DNA from: Saprospiraceae bacterium
GTDB taxonomy: Bacteria > Bacteroidota > Bacteroidia > Chitinophagales > Saprospiraceae
DNA: 32,000 bases
NCBI GenBank assembly: GCA_965247965.1
Contig: OZ252053.1
Coordinates: 1,393,317-1,425,316 of the forward strand
Reading direction: 5' to 3'
The notes beneath the pieces were generated by a model. That model searched no databases and was not told the origin of the DNA. It worked only from the letters and a program-made list of their open reading frames with translations. Below are positions 1-9,467 of this stretch, one piece after another (position 1 is the first letter of the stretch; each line of letters begins with the position of its first letter). The position numbers and the translations under genes are program-made.

Positions 1-803
1 GTGATGGTGTCTTCAGAGAATGATATTGGGTTAGAGATAGAGGGATTGGAAAGTGTTGTGGATGGCGCCCAACTGTAAGTTGCTCCTCCTGATGCGCTGA
101 GTTGGCAGGTTTCATTTTGACAAATTGTGGCGTCTGTTCCGGCATTGGCGAATGATGCTATTGTTGCGCAATCTATCATATCGGTACTGTCGGGCGGCGG
201 GTCTCCGTCACCGGTGTAACCGCAGAATGGATTTATGTATATGTCGAAGGAATAGACGGTGATATTGACTTCTGAGAACGGGATATAGCCTGATGGGATT
301 TGTGGAATGCAGGTAATAGTGACTGTATTGTTTTCTCCTGTGGTGTCTTGCGATGGATTGTATTTTACCTGGGTGAGGTCGTTATTTGGGATGATTCCGT
401 CAGCATCAGATACTACCGTGCATATAGCGTCTAATCCGGATTGAAATGTTGTGAATTCTTGGGTTAGAAAGAAGGGAACGGCTGCATTGCATACGGTAAT
501 GTTTTCTACTTCTATTTCTTCGAGATCGAGAATGTAGAATGATGCGTATGCTGTGTCGGAACAGCAATCGGTATCTACGACGTAGATGAGGTTGTATGGG
601 CCTGGGGACAGGCTTTGTTTTTTTATACAGGGATTGTCACCGGAAAATTGTAAGGATAGACTTTCTCCGATTGGCTGTGATGTGACTTGCCATGTGCCAT
701 TTGGGTCGGCATTAGTTAGGAGGGCATTTCGTAGGCAGAACTGCGAATAAATAAACGGTGAATAGATGACCAGGAAATAGGCGAATAGAATCTTTTGTAT
801 CAT
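1..803 (-). CDS. Secreted Cys-rich repeat / adhesin-like protein, N-terminal 267 codons only (continues past the left edge)
   Basis: My own minus-strand translation: ATG at 803-801, with no stop in that frame down to position 1. It is absent from the ORF track because it runs off the window. The N-terminus MIQKILFAYFLVIYSPFIYSQ looks like a signal peptide. ANAGTDATICQNETCQLSASGGATYSWAPSTTLSNP matches the AGxDxxIC..L.A.GG..Y.W repeat style of Bacteroidota surface/T9SS-type adhesins. The ATG overlaps the TGA of the 109-aa ORF (ATGA). Confidence 0.6.
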   Translation of the reverse strand, partial: MIQKILFAYFLVIYSPFIYSQFCLRNALLTNADPNGTWQVTSQPIGESLSLQFSGDNPCIKKQSLSPGPYNLIYVVDTDCCSDTAYASFYILDLEEIEVENITVCNAAVPFFLTQEFTTFQSGLDAICTVVSDADGIIPNNDLTQVKYNPSQDTTGENNTVTITCIPQIPSGYIPFSEVNITVYSFDIYINPFCGYTGDGDPPPDSTDMIDCATIASFANAGTDATICQNETCQLSASGGATYSWAPSTTLSNPSISNPISFSEDTI

Positions 804-1129
804 ACCTTAATAAGTTTTTTGAATGCTTCTCTCATATCCGAAAGGTGTATTTCTGTTGCTTCTAGCCTGCCTTTGAGATGATTTTCGTTTTCCGTTCTTA
901 TATTTCTATTGTTTGCCTCATTTACAAAGCATTCGAGTAACGTGCGGAATAAATCTAAATCCACACTTAATAGAGGTATTATTTTATGGCTTAGTTCGCA
1001 TCCCGATAAACATTGTCGAATGACGTTGTTTCCGTCATATCCATAGATATAGATTTTATTTTCCTGCTTTTCTTTTAAAAACAGTTTTACCTGATGAAGG
1101 TGAAACTCTTCTTGTATAATTAACTCCAT
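800..1129 (-). CDS. Hypothetical 109-aa protein, last small gene of the tail module
   Basis: ORF in the track. It is co-directional, starts 8 nt after the stop of the 1104-aa gene, and has a 4-nt ATGA overlap with the next gene. I recognise no family. Confidence 0.5.
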   Translation of the reverse strand: MELIIQEEFHLHQVKLFLKEKQENKIYIYGYDGNNVIRQCLSGCELSHKIIPLLSVDLDLFRTLLECFVNEANNRNIRTENENHLKGRLEATEIHLSDMREAFKKLIKV

Positions 1130-1137
1130 AACATTAT

Positions 1138-4100
1138 TTATCCTAAATCTTCCTCAACCACAGATATATCCTGCCCCTCTCCTGCTTCCGGCTTCACATA
1201 ATCGAATGATGCTTCGCTTGTCTTTGAGCAAGAGATAGACGGAACTGTGATTTGTAGTGTATAGACTCCTGAATCGGGATCTGTGAATTCTTTGTCTGTG
1301 CTTACTACGGTATTTAACACATTTTTCCATGCGTATGTTGCATCTGATGGAAGGGCACAATTGAGGCCACTCCATACGGGTTTGAGGGTGTTGCCTTCGC
1401 ATTCTATGTATAGTTCTGCTGCTGTGATGGACGGGCAGTCGCAGTCGGTGATGTGGTATTCCCAGCATGATCGATGGACGGGGCATTTGCCATCACAGAA
1501 TATGATTTCTCTAAGAGCTTTGAATTGAGTAGTATCCGCTATTTCGGCGCCGTCCCAGATTTTGGGTTCTTGTCCATCGATCTGTACCCAAATTCTATCG
1601 AGGTAGTCCGTTGCCGCTATGTTGCCTGTGCGTTGAATGGTTTTGAATCCTGTACTACCATCTACAATTTGTACTCCTGCCGTGGTTTGAGAGCAGTCTG
1701 GGTTCGCTCTTTTTTCGAGGTTGATTAAGGTGATGCGGTCTTTGATCATGAATGCCTCGCATGTACCTTGATAGTTGATTGTCAGAGAGTTAATTGTGAA
1801 TGGGGTCACTACTCCGCAGATGTCATGGCCGATGAGTGTATTGGGGTTGATGGCATATGATTCTCTTTTTTTATTGTATTCGATCTCTGTGGTAATCGAT
1901 GCTACGGCGGAGTTGATGATTCCTTCTATTGCGATATTTACGCATACTTGGCCAGCTGTGTTTACGAAGTCATTGACTTTTACTATTGGATTGTTATTGC
2001 AGACCGGTATTGATAACGTCAAAATGCTGTCGGGGCAGTCGTCCGTCCATTTTACCCGTGCACGTACTTCTATGTTTTTTGTGGGGTCTACTATTTGGAG
2101 GCTGGTTGGGGTGGAATTTGTGCCGTTGTGGTTGGCTTTCCAGGTTACTTCTTTGATGTTGCTATTGAGTAAGCCAGCTACATTGATGGTGTAGATGTTG
2201 TTGGCTTCGTTGTAGGTGAGCTTTGGTTTGTTATTACATTTCTGGTCGGGAGGTATTATTTCATAGGTTTCCTGTTCTATGGCTTCGCCGTCTTCAATGG
2301 TTTGGAGGATTGCTTCTGCTATTTCCGTGCATCTGTTATATGAAATATCTTTGATGAAGGCTTGGATGTATTCGGATTTGTATTGGCCTGTGAATGCATC
2401 TCGAAGTGATATTTTGTCGTATTCGGATTTGTTGAAATGGAGTTGCAAGGTGAGGTGTTGGCCTTTTTCTTCTTGAAGTACTTGCTGGCCGAGGTATAGA
2501 TTCCACAGGTCTTTTTTGTGTGTGCCGTATATAAGTGGTTCGTATGGGAAGGACGGAGTGATTTTTAGGTTGTCTGGTATTTCCTGATAGAGGGTCGGGA
2601 ATTTATTGATTTCTTCGGCATCGCACCAATTTATTTTTGACGAACCTATTTCTTTGCCTTCGTCGTCGTAGTGTATTTGCACTCCTGGCGGTGAAGCGAA
2701 TAAGATTCGTGGACCGATGTTGTATGATATTTCTCCGTCGGTATTGTCAGTCAAAGCAGGTAATGCTGGCGGATAAGGTAATTGTGCTTCTGTTCGGACT
2801 ATTTCGGGACAGTTTCGCAAAGCTGTCGGTTCGAAAAGAGGGTTCCGGCGGTATGCTTTCTTATTTTCGAATTGTTCGCCGAGGTCTATTTTTTTGTCGA
2901 ATAGCTGATCCTGGCCATCTCCGTCGAGGGAGCGTATATATGCATCTGATGATCGCTTGAATCCATATGCCAGGTATCGCGGTTGGCTTTCTTTACGAGT
3001 ATTTATTACTCCTGAATCGCAGATGATGTTCTTGGTGATGTCGCGTATTTCGGCGGCTTGCTGGTATTCCTTTGGGGTGTAGTGATAGATAATCTGTCGT
3101 GCGAAGTCGTATTCGAGGAGTCCTCCTGTGAGGTGGAGGATACCTTTTAGGACGTCGAGCAGGGATAGGTCGCAGGATAGAGTTTCGGCCAGGGGGTAGG
3201 TGAAAAACGCTATTGATTCTTCAGAAAATAATCCATGTATGGCCTGGAAGGTTCTTCGTGTGGGTTTGTTGTAGAGTTTGAGGTATTTGATTTTAGTAGT
3301 TGTGGCGCCTTTGGTAATTCTAGCACTTATCAGATTGTTATCGCCTGATTGAATGAAGTGGTCTTTTGCTATAGCGTCTAATTGGCCCGAATAGATTCTT
3401 TCTCCCTGTTCTATTGTTATGTTTCCCGTGGCTATTTGCTCGCTTCCATGTGATAGGATTATTTCTATTTCTTCATTTTCGTCAGTATTGGTTTCAAATT
3501 TATATTCCAGAGTTACCTGTTGAGTAATCACTCTTTCATTGATCAAAATACCTATATGTGTGCCGTCGTAGTATGGTTGTGATAAACTTCCTGCTTTGAT
3601 TACATCTAAAGTAAATGGCCCAAAGCTCCCTTGAATATCGGCGATTGCTACATCTGATTTTTGGCCGAGTATTTCGTATTTCTGAAGTTCTTCTATATTG
3701 TTGCCGCCATATCTGTCATCAGAAAGATACATCCATGCACTACGCCATTTGTCACTATCAAGCAATGTGCTTTTGAATGTCCAATTGAGTTGTTTGAATC
3801 CGTGTTGAAACAGCCATATCGGGTTAATAAATGGGCGTAGGTCTTCTCCGCATAGTTGCCCTTGCCCATATGTGCCACCATACCAAGCATAGGGTACGAA
3901 CCAGCCTTCATGAGCATCTTCGTATTTGTAATGAGTTTCCTGCCGGTCTTTTATATGTACTGGTGAAAGATCAAATTCTATGGGTTTGTCACCTATTGGT
4001 TTTGTTACGCCGTTGAACGTAAACGTATGCTCTATGTACGGTATATCGCAAAGCTTGAAATTGGATGCAAGGGTCAAGGGATGATCGTATTGGTTTTGGA

Positions 4101-4452
4101 GTGAGATGGTGTAGGCTTTGTTTTCGTCGTTTTGCGAGACGGCTATCATATGGTTGTAAGACAGAGGAATGGCTCCTTGCCAGACGCAGATGTTAAATGG
4201 GATATTTATTTCTTCTTTAAGGTGAAGTCCTACTTTGTCTTTGAGGATGAGGTTGTTTTTGACGGATTGGGGTATTTCTATATCGAGGGCGCCGTCTATT
4301 TTGATTTTATTATTGGTGTCGAGTTGGGCACGGCTTTTCTTTTCTACTATGTTTTGATCGGGATAGGTATCGAGGTAGATGTGACCATTTTGGTCTTTGT
4401 GTTCGGATGGAATAAGGATGGAGTCGAGGATTTGTATGGAGTAGCAGATCAC
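1138..4452 (-). CDS. Large phage tail-tip / host-specificity-like structural protein (1104 aa)
   Basis: The order TMP, then 377 aa, then 1104 aa matches the Dit/Tal arrangement of siphovirus tails. The C-terminal third is Cys-rich with Ig/PKD-like segments (for example TYAWKNVLNTVVSTDKEFTDPDSGVYTLQITVPSISC). It has a GTG start at 4452, preceded by the TAATCC-N10-TAATCC motif. Function is assigned from position and composition only. Confidence 0.55.
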   Translation of the reverse strand: MICYSIQILDSILIPSEHKDQNGHIYLDTYPDQNIVEKKSRAQLDTNNKIKIDGALDIEIPQSVKNNLILKDKVGLHLKEEINIPFNICVWQGAIPLSYNHMIAVSQNDENKAYTISLQNQYDHPLTLASNFKLCDIPYIEHTFTFNGVTKPIGDKPIEFDLSPVHIKDRQETHYKYEDAHEGWFVPYAWYGGTYGQGQLCGEDLRPFINPIWLFQHGFKQLNWTFKSTLLDSDKWRSAWMYLSDDRYGGNNIEELQKYEILGQKSDVAIADIQGSFGPFTLDVIKAGSLSQPYYDGTHIGILINERVITQQVTLEYKFETNTDENEEIEIILSHGSEQIATGNITIEQGERIYSGQLDAIAKDHFIQSGDNNLISARITKGATTTKIKYLKLYNKPTRRTFQAIHGLFSEESIAFFTYPLAETLSCDLSLLDVLKGILHLTGGLLEYDFARQIIYHYTPKEYQQAAEIRDITKNIICDSGVINTRKESQPRYLAYGFKRSSDAYIRSLDGDGQDQLFDKKIDLGEQFENKKAYRRNPLFEPTALRNCPEIVRTEAQLPYPPALPALTDNTDGEISYNIGPRILFASPPGVQIHYDDEGKEIGSSKINWCDAEEINKFPTLYQEIPDNLKITPSFPYEPLIYGTHKKDLWNLYLGQQVLQEEKGQHLTLQLHFNKSEYDKISLRDAFTGQYKSEYIQAFIKDISYNRCTEIAEAILQTIEDGEAIEQETYEIIPPDQKCNNKPKLTYNEANNIYTINVAGLLNSNIKEVTWKANHNGTNSTPTSLQIVDPTKNIEVRARVKWTDDCPDSILTLSIPVCNNNPIVKVNDFVNTAGQVCVNIAIEGIINSAVASITTEIEYNKKRESYAINPNTLIGHDICGVVTPFTINSLTINYQGTCEAFMIKDRITLINLEKRANPDCSQTTAGVQIVDGSTGFKTIQRTGNIAATDYLDRIWVQIDGQEPKIWDGAEIADTTQFKALREIIFCDGKCPVHRSCWEYHITDCDCPSITAAELYIECEGNTLKPVWSGLNCALPSDATYAWKNVLNTVVSTDKEFTDPDSGVYTLQITVPSISCSKTSEASFDYVKPEAGEGQDISVVEEDLG

Positions 4453-4481
4453 GACTAGGATTATAAGATTTTAGGATTATC
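4453..4481 (-). promoter_or_regulatory. TAATCC-N10-TAATCC motif 5 nt upstream of the GTG start of the 1104-aa gene
   Basis: The minus strand reads AGATAATCCTAAAATCTTATAATCCTAGTC-GTG. The same architecture occurs at three other starts in this module. Confidence 0.4.
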
Positions 4482-4492
4482 TATCATACATA

Positions 4493-4657
4493 TTAGCAAA
4501 TGCCTTTGTTTTTATAAGGTCTGCTAACTAATACTTTTCCACATTTCAGACATTTTCTTATTAATGACCCTTTTGGCATTAGTCCATTATTGATCCATTG
4601 GTGTTTGCATGTACGTTTTATGGATTGGAGTTGTTTGTTTATTGTTTTGTCGACCAT
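4493..4657 (-). CDS. Small 54-aa zinc-ribbon-like protein (not in the ORF track)
   Basis: My own translation: MVDKTINKQLQSIKRTCKHQWINNGLMPKGSLIRKCLKCGKVLVSRPYKNKGIC, then TAA. It has a CxH...CxxC arrangement. The ATG at 4657 is preceded by AATAATCCTAGAATCTATTAATCCCATAATCCTGGTC, the same motif as at neighbouring starts. It fills an otherwise empty 387-nt gap. Confidence 0.4.
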   Translation of the reverse strand: MVDKTINKQLQSIKRTCKHQWINNGLMPKGSLIRKCLKCGKVLVSRPYKNKGIC

Positions 4658-4694
4658 GACCAGGATTATGGGATTAATAGATTCTAGGATTATT
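4658..4694 (-). promoter_or_regulatory. TAATCC repeat motif (three copies) upstream of the 54-aa ORF
   Basis: The minus strand reads AATAATCCTAGAATCTATTAATCCCATAATCCTGGTC-ATG. Confidence 0.35.
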
Positions 4695-4839
4695 TATCAC
4701 TCTGAATAATGGCAAGATATTACATATTTCTATAATATCCTACTTTTTCTTTTCGAATAATGCGTAAACGGCGTCGGTCACTGTCCAGTAAATCGCCCGT
4801 GCCAGACTTTTGATGAATTTAAACATTTGCCTACATTTT

Positions 4840-5973
4840 TCAAGTTCTCATATCTATGCCTATGCTACCTCTGAATACTATTTCTGTGCGTCTGCTTTGA
4901 TTCCAGGTTGGCAATGATCGAATGTCGGGGATAACAGGAAACAGGATTGTGCTGTGATCGCTGTGCTTGACGGCTGCCCGGTATTGCCTGGCATTTGCAA
5001 ATGATCGGAAGGATTCTATATTGTTTTTGGTAACGAATACTTGTTTGGTTGCTTCGAAATTAAGCCATGAACGTTTGTGTAGTATACTGCGCCCATGTGA
5101 CTTGACTAAATCGGATACGGATGTAGTGCAACCGTTGTTTTTGCATATTTCGGTAAAGTCACGACTAACTTCTTCTGACCCTTGTCTTTTGAAATTCATA
5201 CACCGCCATGACCCTTGTGCTTCCTGAAAGTAGATGTCTATTCGTTTGTCTTTCCCTGGATAGGAATGCTCGTAGTATGTCGTACGTCCCATTATGGCTA
5301 CGGACTTTACGTTTCTTGCCAATAAGCTGCCAAGATTAGCATTAGCTCCGCCTACCGGCACCAAGTTGCCTCCTGCAGCGAGCGTAACGTTTTGGGTGGT
5401 TTCTGTCTCGTCGTTTTCAGTTATCGTCATTAGCTGACTACCTCCGAGTGCGGAGTATATGAGTATCCAGTCATGACTATCGTCTGTGATCTTGTGATTT
5501 TTGCAATCGGTCATCGGATGAGTCCCCAATCTTGTTGGGTTGAGATAGGCTTGTTCGTATCCGTTTACTACATCTCTTTTTTCGCTGAGATTGAATGCAT
5601 CTCCTTCAGTTGTTCCGGTTTCGTTATTTATTATAAGTTCGCCGTATTTTATATATGCTTTTCGGCGGTATCCAGTCCATGCCTGGGGTGAATTATTACC
5701 GTCGAGAAGTGGAATAGGGTTATCGAAGGCGTCCTTAATATTTTCGTTTATTTGGAATACTATTTCCTGGCTGGTACTGAGTGGTTTGATGTGTTTTTCT
5801 TTTGTCAGTTCAATAGCGTTACCGGATTCGTCATCTGCGCATACTTTATAGATTAGTTTTTTGGTTTCGGGATCGTTACCCAGATCGGTGAGGACGAGCT
5901 TGTATTCGAGGCATTCGTTGAGGTAGTAGAACGTGCCGTTGTCGGATGGTTGAGATACTAGTGCTACTGCCAT
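4840..5973 (-). CDS. Phage structural protein directly after the tape measure gene (distal-tail/baseplate candidate, 377 aa)
   Basis: ORF in the track. It starts 42 nt downstream of the TMP stop on the same strand. The role is assigned from position only; I recognise no motif. Confidence 0.5.
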   Translation of the reverse strand: MAVALVSQPSDNGTFYYLNECLEYKLVLTDLGNDPETKKLIYKVCADDESGNAIELTKEKHIKPLSTSQEIVFQINENIKDAFDNPIPLLDGNNSPQAWTGYRRKAYIKYGELIINNETGTTEGDAFNLSEKRDVVNGYEQAYLNPTRLGTHPMTDCKNHKITDDSHDWILIYSALGGSQLMTITENDETETTQNVTLAAGGNLVPVGGANANLGSLLARNVKSVAIMGRTTYYEHSYPGKDKRIDIYFQEAQGSWRCMNFKRQGSEEVSRDFTEICKNNGCTTSVSDLVKSHGRSILHKRSWLNFEATKQVFVTKNNIESFRSFANARQYRAAVKHSDHSTILFPVIPDIRSLPTWNQSRRTEIVFRGSIGIDMRT

Positions 5974-6015
5974 TGTTTATTTATTGTGCAGGTTTTTGTT
6001 CAAGTTGTGTCTGCT

Positions 6016-9000
6016 CTAAAGTGTCCTTTGCCTTTCTAGTTTTTCTTCCCTGCGTTGGCGGATGGAGCTTTCTCTAATCCCTTCTCTTGTGCCGGATCCA
6101 GCCCCTGCTCTAACGGCATTGGCTATTTCAGGAATCATTGCTCTCATTCCGTTTTGTACGGCTCGTTCTATTGCTGCATTGTCTATTGACGCCGTACCAG
6201 TCACCTTGAGACCTTCCCTTGCTCTTAAAAGATTGCGATGTACGGCATTGTCCCTTTCTGCGAATATTCTTTGGAAGTTAGCAATGCGTTGTTCGGTCTC
6301 CCGGTTTCTTTTTCGCATGATCTCTGCTGTATCTGGCCGACTGAATATCTGTACCATCCCATCTCGATATTTCCTGATCATTTCGCCGCCTTCTGCTTCG
6401 ATGTGGCGGCCATTGACTTGCATCTCTACTCCACCCTGTTCATGTGATGGGCCTTGTATTATTCCTTCTTTGTCTATTGTCCCTCCGTGGCGGAATTTTA
6501 CTTTTTTTAGGGCTGCTACTTGGATTGCTGTGGTGGCTGCAATGATAGCTGGAGCGATTAGCAATGCAGGGAATGGTAATTTAGTATTTGCCAGGGATTG
6601 AGTAATAGCCAAAAAGCCGTTTGCTATTGCCTGTTTGATCTTGATCTTTTGCTCCTTTTTAGCAGCTTCTTTATTGATTTTGGCTCTTTTGACCGCTAGT
6701 TCTTCCTGGATTTGGGCTTCTATTGCTGCGTTTCCTTCTGCTGCTTGTAATCGGGCGCCGAATTCTTCCTGGAGTGCATCAAGGGCAAATTGCTTGTTTT
6801 CTTCAACCTTTTCTAGCTCTGCATTGAATGCGTTGTTGGCAATGCCATTTGCAATGTCAAAACCAATTTTCTTAGCAACTTCTCCCAAGATCTCACCTCC
6901 TTCCTGCAAAGCTGTGATTAACCCTGAGAAGTCAACATTGATTCCAGTGGTGTTTTTGAAAAATCTCCCGAGAATGTCTTCAACGTCTGATGCAGCTTTT
7001 TCAAAGAGTTCTTTTTGCTTTTCAAGGTCATCTTTTATTCTTTCTCTGGTTTCATCCCTAGCTTGCTGGTCGAACTCTTTTAATAGGTCATTTAGTTTTT
7101 TTTGACCTTCTAATTCTGCGTTTTGTTGTGGAGTAAGGCCGTTCGAACTTGTCAATGAAGTAGGGAGAGGCTTCTTATCTACTTGTTGAACTGATCGAAA
7201 TTTCCCTGTTTTTTGATCGAAGGTTCCGCTCGGTAGTAGTGCGTTTTCTTTTGCGCGGCGTCGTTTTTCTTTTTCTTCGAAAATTGTCTTCTCAAGTTCT
7301 GCTTGTTCCTTGAGAAGTTTGTTTAATTCTTCCTGTTCGAGGTTTTGGTTTTTAAGTTGTTTTATTACTTCTCTTAGTTGGTCTTGATAATCTTTAAGTG
7401 AACCATCTTCGACAAAATCTTTGACCTTACCCAATGCTATGTTCAACTCATCGGTTACTTTTTTTAGTTCTGATTCTGCGTCCTTGAATTCTTTCGACCC
7501 TATGGCCGCGGCATTCATTACGTCTCTTAGTTCTTTTTGACGTTCTTTTAGGGTGTTAATGGATATGACTGCTTCTTCTGTTGCCTTAGCATCTTCTTCA
7601 GTTGCTTTTATCTTTTCTTCAATTGTTTTTTTAAGACTGGATATTCTAGTATCTGCTTCTTCTGAAGTTAGGCCAATTTGAATTAACCCATTTTTGAAGG
7701 CTTCAAAAACAGTACTGTTAGCTTCTATATCTTCTGTTTTTTTAATGACTTCTGCAAAAGGCTTAAAGAAATGATCTTCATAATCTTTAACTGCTTGATC
7801 AATGTTCTCCTTTGCCTTTTTTATTGCCTCTGCTAATTTTGTCGGGCCACCAAATAATTGTGCCGCGAAGACTGCGTCTGCTCCTTCTTCGTTGAATAAT
7901 GTTACTAAATCTAGTTGTTCTTTAAAGAATCCAAGAACTCCTTTAAAAGCCCTAGCTAATGGGCCATTGCCATCATCAAATGATAAGATAAAGGCTGACC
8001 ACGAATCTGCAAAATCCTCTACTTTTGAAGTAGTAGCATCTGCCGCTCTTTCGGCCTCAGTCGTTAGCGCAATACTATCACCATATTCCTGATTAGCTTG
8101 CTCAATGGCCTCACCCAGTATTTCGTAATTAGCGGCAAGCGCACCTATAACTGTAAACGCTCTTTTTTCATGCAAGCCTAGTTTATTCAAAATCACCCGT
8201 AGGTTTTGCCCCTCATCTTTTGCTTTTGCAAGTCCTTTGATAAACCTTACGAACACGCCGGTAGCATCTTTCTGAAATTGTTTAGCTAATTGCTCTTCGG
8301 TAAGTGCTGTGAGCCTTAGAATATCTTCGAGCCCTTCGCCTGTTGCTATTGCCTTGTCTATGACGTTAAATGCCAATTGTATTGCGCTTCTGGACTGCTC
8401 TGCTTTTGAACCTAATGCTTCTGTTGCCGCTCCTAAAGCAAGTACTCCCTGGGCAGATGTATTGTAAACCGCTACACCCTTTTGAATTTCGGTTGTATTA
8501 TTAAGTATTTGTTTTTCGGTTGTAGCGAAGTTGTTTCCTAATCGAGTAATGACTGAACCTAGTCTGTCTGCGTTTTCTACACTATCGGTAGATACTTCTA
8601 TGAATTTGGCGAACTGTCTTGCAGACTCTTGACCAACAATATCAGATGTCAGCTTTAGCTTTTCGATGGTTTCTGCGAACTTGAGAATATTATCGGTACC
8701 TCTGATTCCTAACTGCCCTGCGATCTCTGAAGACTCAAGTAAGCCTTGTATAGAAATGCCTTTTAGCTCTCTGCCTAGCCTTTTTACCTTATCAGAAAAA
8801 TCATCAAGCTCGTCATCTACTATATCAGTCGTCTTGCTTACTGCTATCAACTGACGATCAAAGTCTAAGACAATTCGACCAGCACTTCTTAGTAGATTCT
8901 GGAACACAAATAGACCTCCCCCAATACCCGTCAGAGTAAGCAGCGTACGTCCCAGCCCCTGAAATGCGCTGGAGTAGTTGCCTACATTTCTTCCAAATTG

Positions 9001-9402
9001 ACCTGCTGACTTGTCAATGCTCTTGAGTCGGGTATCCAGCTTATTGACTTCCCTGAGTAGGTTTTTCGCTTCTCTTGTATTTGCTTTTCCGCCCGCAGCC
9101 AGGTCTTTATATTGCGTGCGCATTATGATGAGCTGTGAAGACAGCTTTCGATATGCTCCTAGTCCTGCTTTACCTGATGCAACGAGCTGCGTTTGTAGCC
9201 TTTTAGTTTCGTCACGGTTTGCCTTTTGGGTTGCTTTTACTACGGCAAGGCTGTTGTTGAGTTCGTTGTATTTTTTGGTGCCTATCTTGACCTTGCCTAT
9301 CTCCTCATTGAGAAGTTTGGTAGCGTCTTTTAGGTCTTTTGTGGTATTGATCGCTATGTCAATACCGTTGACTTTTATGATTCGGGTTATTGTTTGTGCC
9401 AC
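6016..9402 (-). CDS. Phage tail tape measure protein (TP901-type core), 1128 aa
   Basis: The N-terminal half has the Ala/Gly/Leu-rich tape-measure core (for example AGQLGIRGTDNILKFAETIEKLKLTSD and LGSVITRLGNNFATTEKQIL...ALGAATEALGSKAEQSRSAIQLAF). A long Glu/Lys coiled-coil region follows, then a hydrophobic segment LPFPALLIAPAIIAATTAIQVAAL. GTG start at 9402. Confidence 0.9.
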   Translation of the reverse strand: MAQTITRIIKVNGIDIAINTTKDLKDATKLLNEEIGKVKIGTKKYNELNNSLAVVKATQKANRDETKRLQTQLVASGKAGLGAYRKLSSQLIIMRTQYKDLAAGGKANTREAKNLLREVNKLDTRLKSIDKSAGQFGRNVGNYSSAFQGLGRTLLTLTGIGGGLFVFQNLLRSAGRIVLDFDRQLIAVSKTTDIVDDELDDFSDKVKRLGRELKGISIQGLLESSEIAGQLGIRGTDNILKFAETIEKLKLTSDIVGQESARQFAKFIEVSTDSVENADRLGSVITRLGNNFATTEKQILNNTTEIQKGVAVYNTSAQGVLALGAATEALGSKAEQSRSAIQLAFNVIDKAIATGEGLEDILRLTALTEEQLAKQFQKDATGVFVRFIKGLAKAKDEGQNLRVILNKLGLHEKRAFTVIGALAANYEILGEAIEQANQEYGDSIALTTEAERAADATTSKVEDFADSWSAFILSFDDGNGPLARAFKGVLGFFKEQLDLVTLFNEEGADAVFAAQLFGGPTKLAEAIKKAKENIDQAVKDYEDHFFKPFAEVIKKTEDIEANSTVFEAFKNGLIQIGLTSEEADTRISSLKKTIEEKIKATEEDAKATEEAVISINTLKERQKELRDVMNAAAIGSKEFKDAESELKKVTDELNIALGKVKDFVEDGSLKDYQDQLREVIKQLKNQNLEQEELNKLLKEQAELEKTIFEEKEKRRRAKENALLPSGTFDQKTGKFRSVQQVDKKPLPTSLTSSNGLTPQQNAELEGQKKLNDLLKEFDQQARDETRERIKDDLEKQKELFEKAASDVEDILGRFFKNTTGINVDFSGLITALQEGGEILGEVAKKIGFDIANGIANNAFNAELEKVEENKQFALDALQEEFGARLQAAEGNAAIEAQIQEELAVKRAKINKEAAKKEQKIKIKQAIANGFLAITQSLANTKLPFPALLIAPAIIAATTAIQVAALKKVKFRHGGTIDKEGIIQGPSHEQGGVEMQVNGRHIEAEGGEMIRKYRDGMVQIFSRPDTAEIMRKRNRETEQRIANFQRIFAERDNAVHRNLLRAREGLKVTGTASIDNAAIERAVQNGMRAMIPEIANAVRAGAGSGTREGIRESSIRQRREEKLERQRTL

Positions 9403-9428
9403 CGGGATTATATGCTTTTAGGATTATT
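9403..9428 (-). promoter_or_regulatory. TAATCC-N10-TAATCC motif 2 nt upstream of the GTG start of the tape measure gene
   Basis: The minus strand reads AAATAATCCTAAAAGCATATAATCCCG-GTG. Confidence 0.4.
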
Positions 9429-9432
9429 TAAA

Positions 9433-9467
9433 ATAACGGGAAGCTGGCTTCCCAACCATCCCGTTAT
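9433..9467 (-). terminator. Hairpin pair (possible terminator/attenuator) in the untranslated gap before the tape measure gene
   Basis: The minus strand reads ATAACGGGATGGTTGGGAAGCCAGCTTCCCGTTATTTTAAAT. The 9-bp stem ATAACGGGA/TCCCGTTAT competes with the 6-bp stem GGGAAG/CTTCCC for the same 3' arm. A T-rich tail follows. Confidence 0.3.

Noticed and set aside
4740-4826. A 28-aa ORF (MFKFIKSLARAIYWTVTDAVYALFEKKK) 13 nt after the 377-aa gene stop.
   Set aside because: It is too short to support from sequence alone and lacks the TAATCC motif. It is mentioned only under the small-ORF finding.
1154-9421. Many plus-strand and alternative-frame ORFs in the track that overlap the 1104-aa, 377-aa and tape measure genes (for example 1775-2194, 6062-6601, 6635-7105, 9011-9421).
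   Set aside because: They are antisense or out of frame to long, well-supported genes and have skewed low-complexity composition (Ser/Leu/Phe/Cys-rich), as expected for shadow ORFs.
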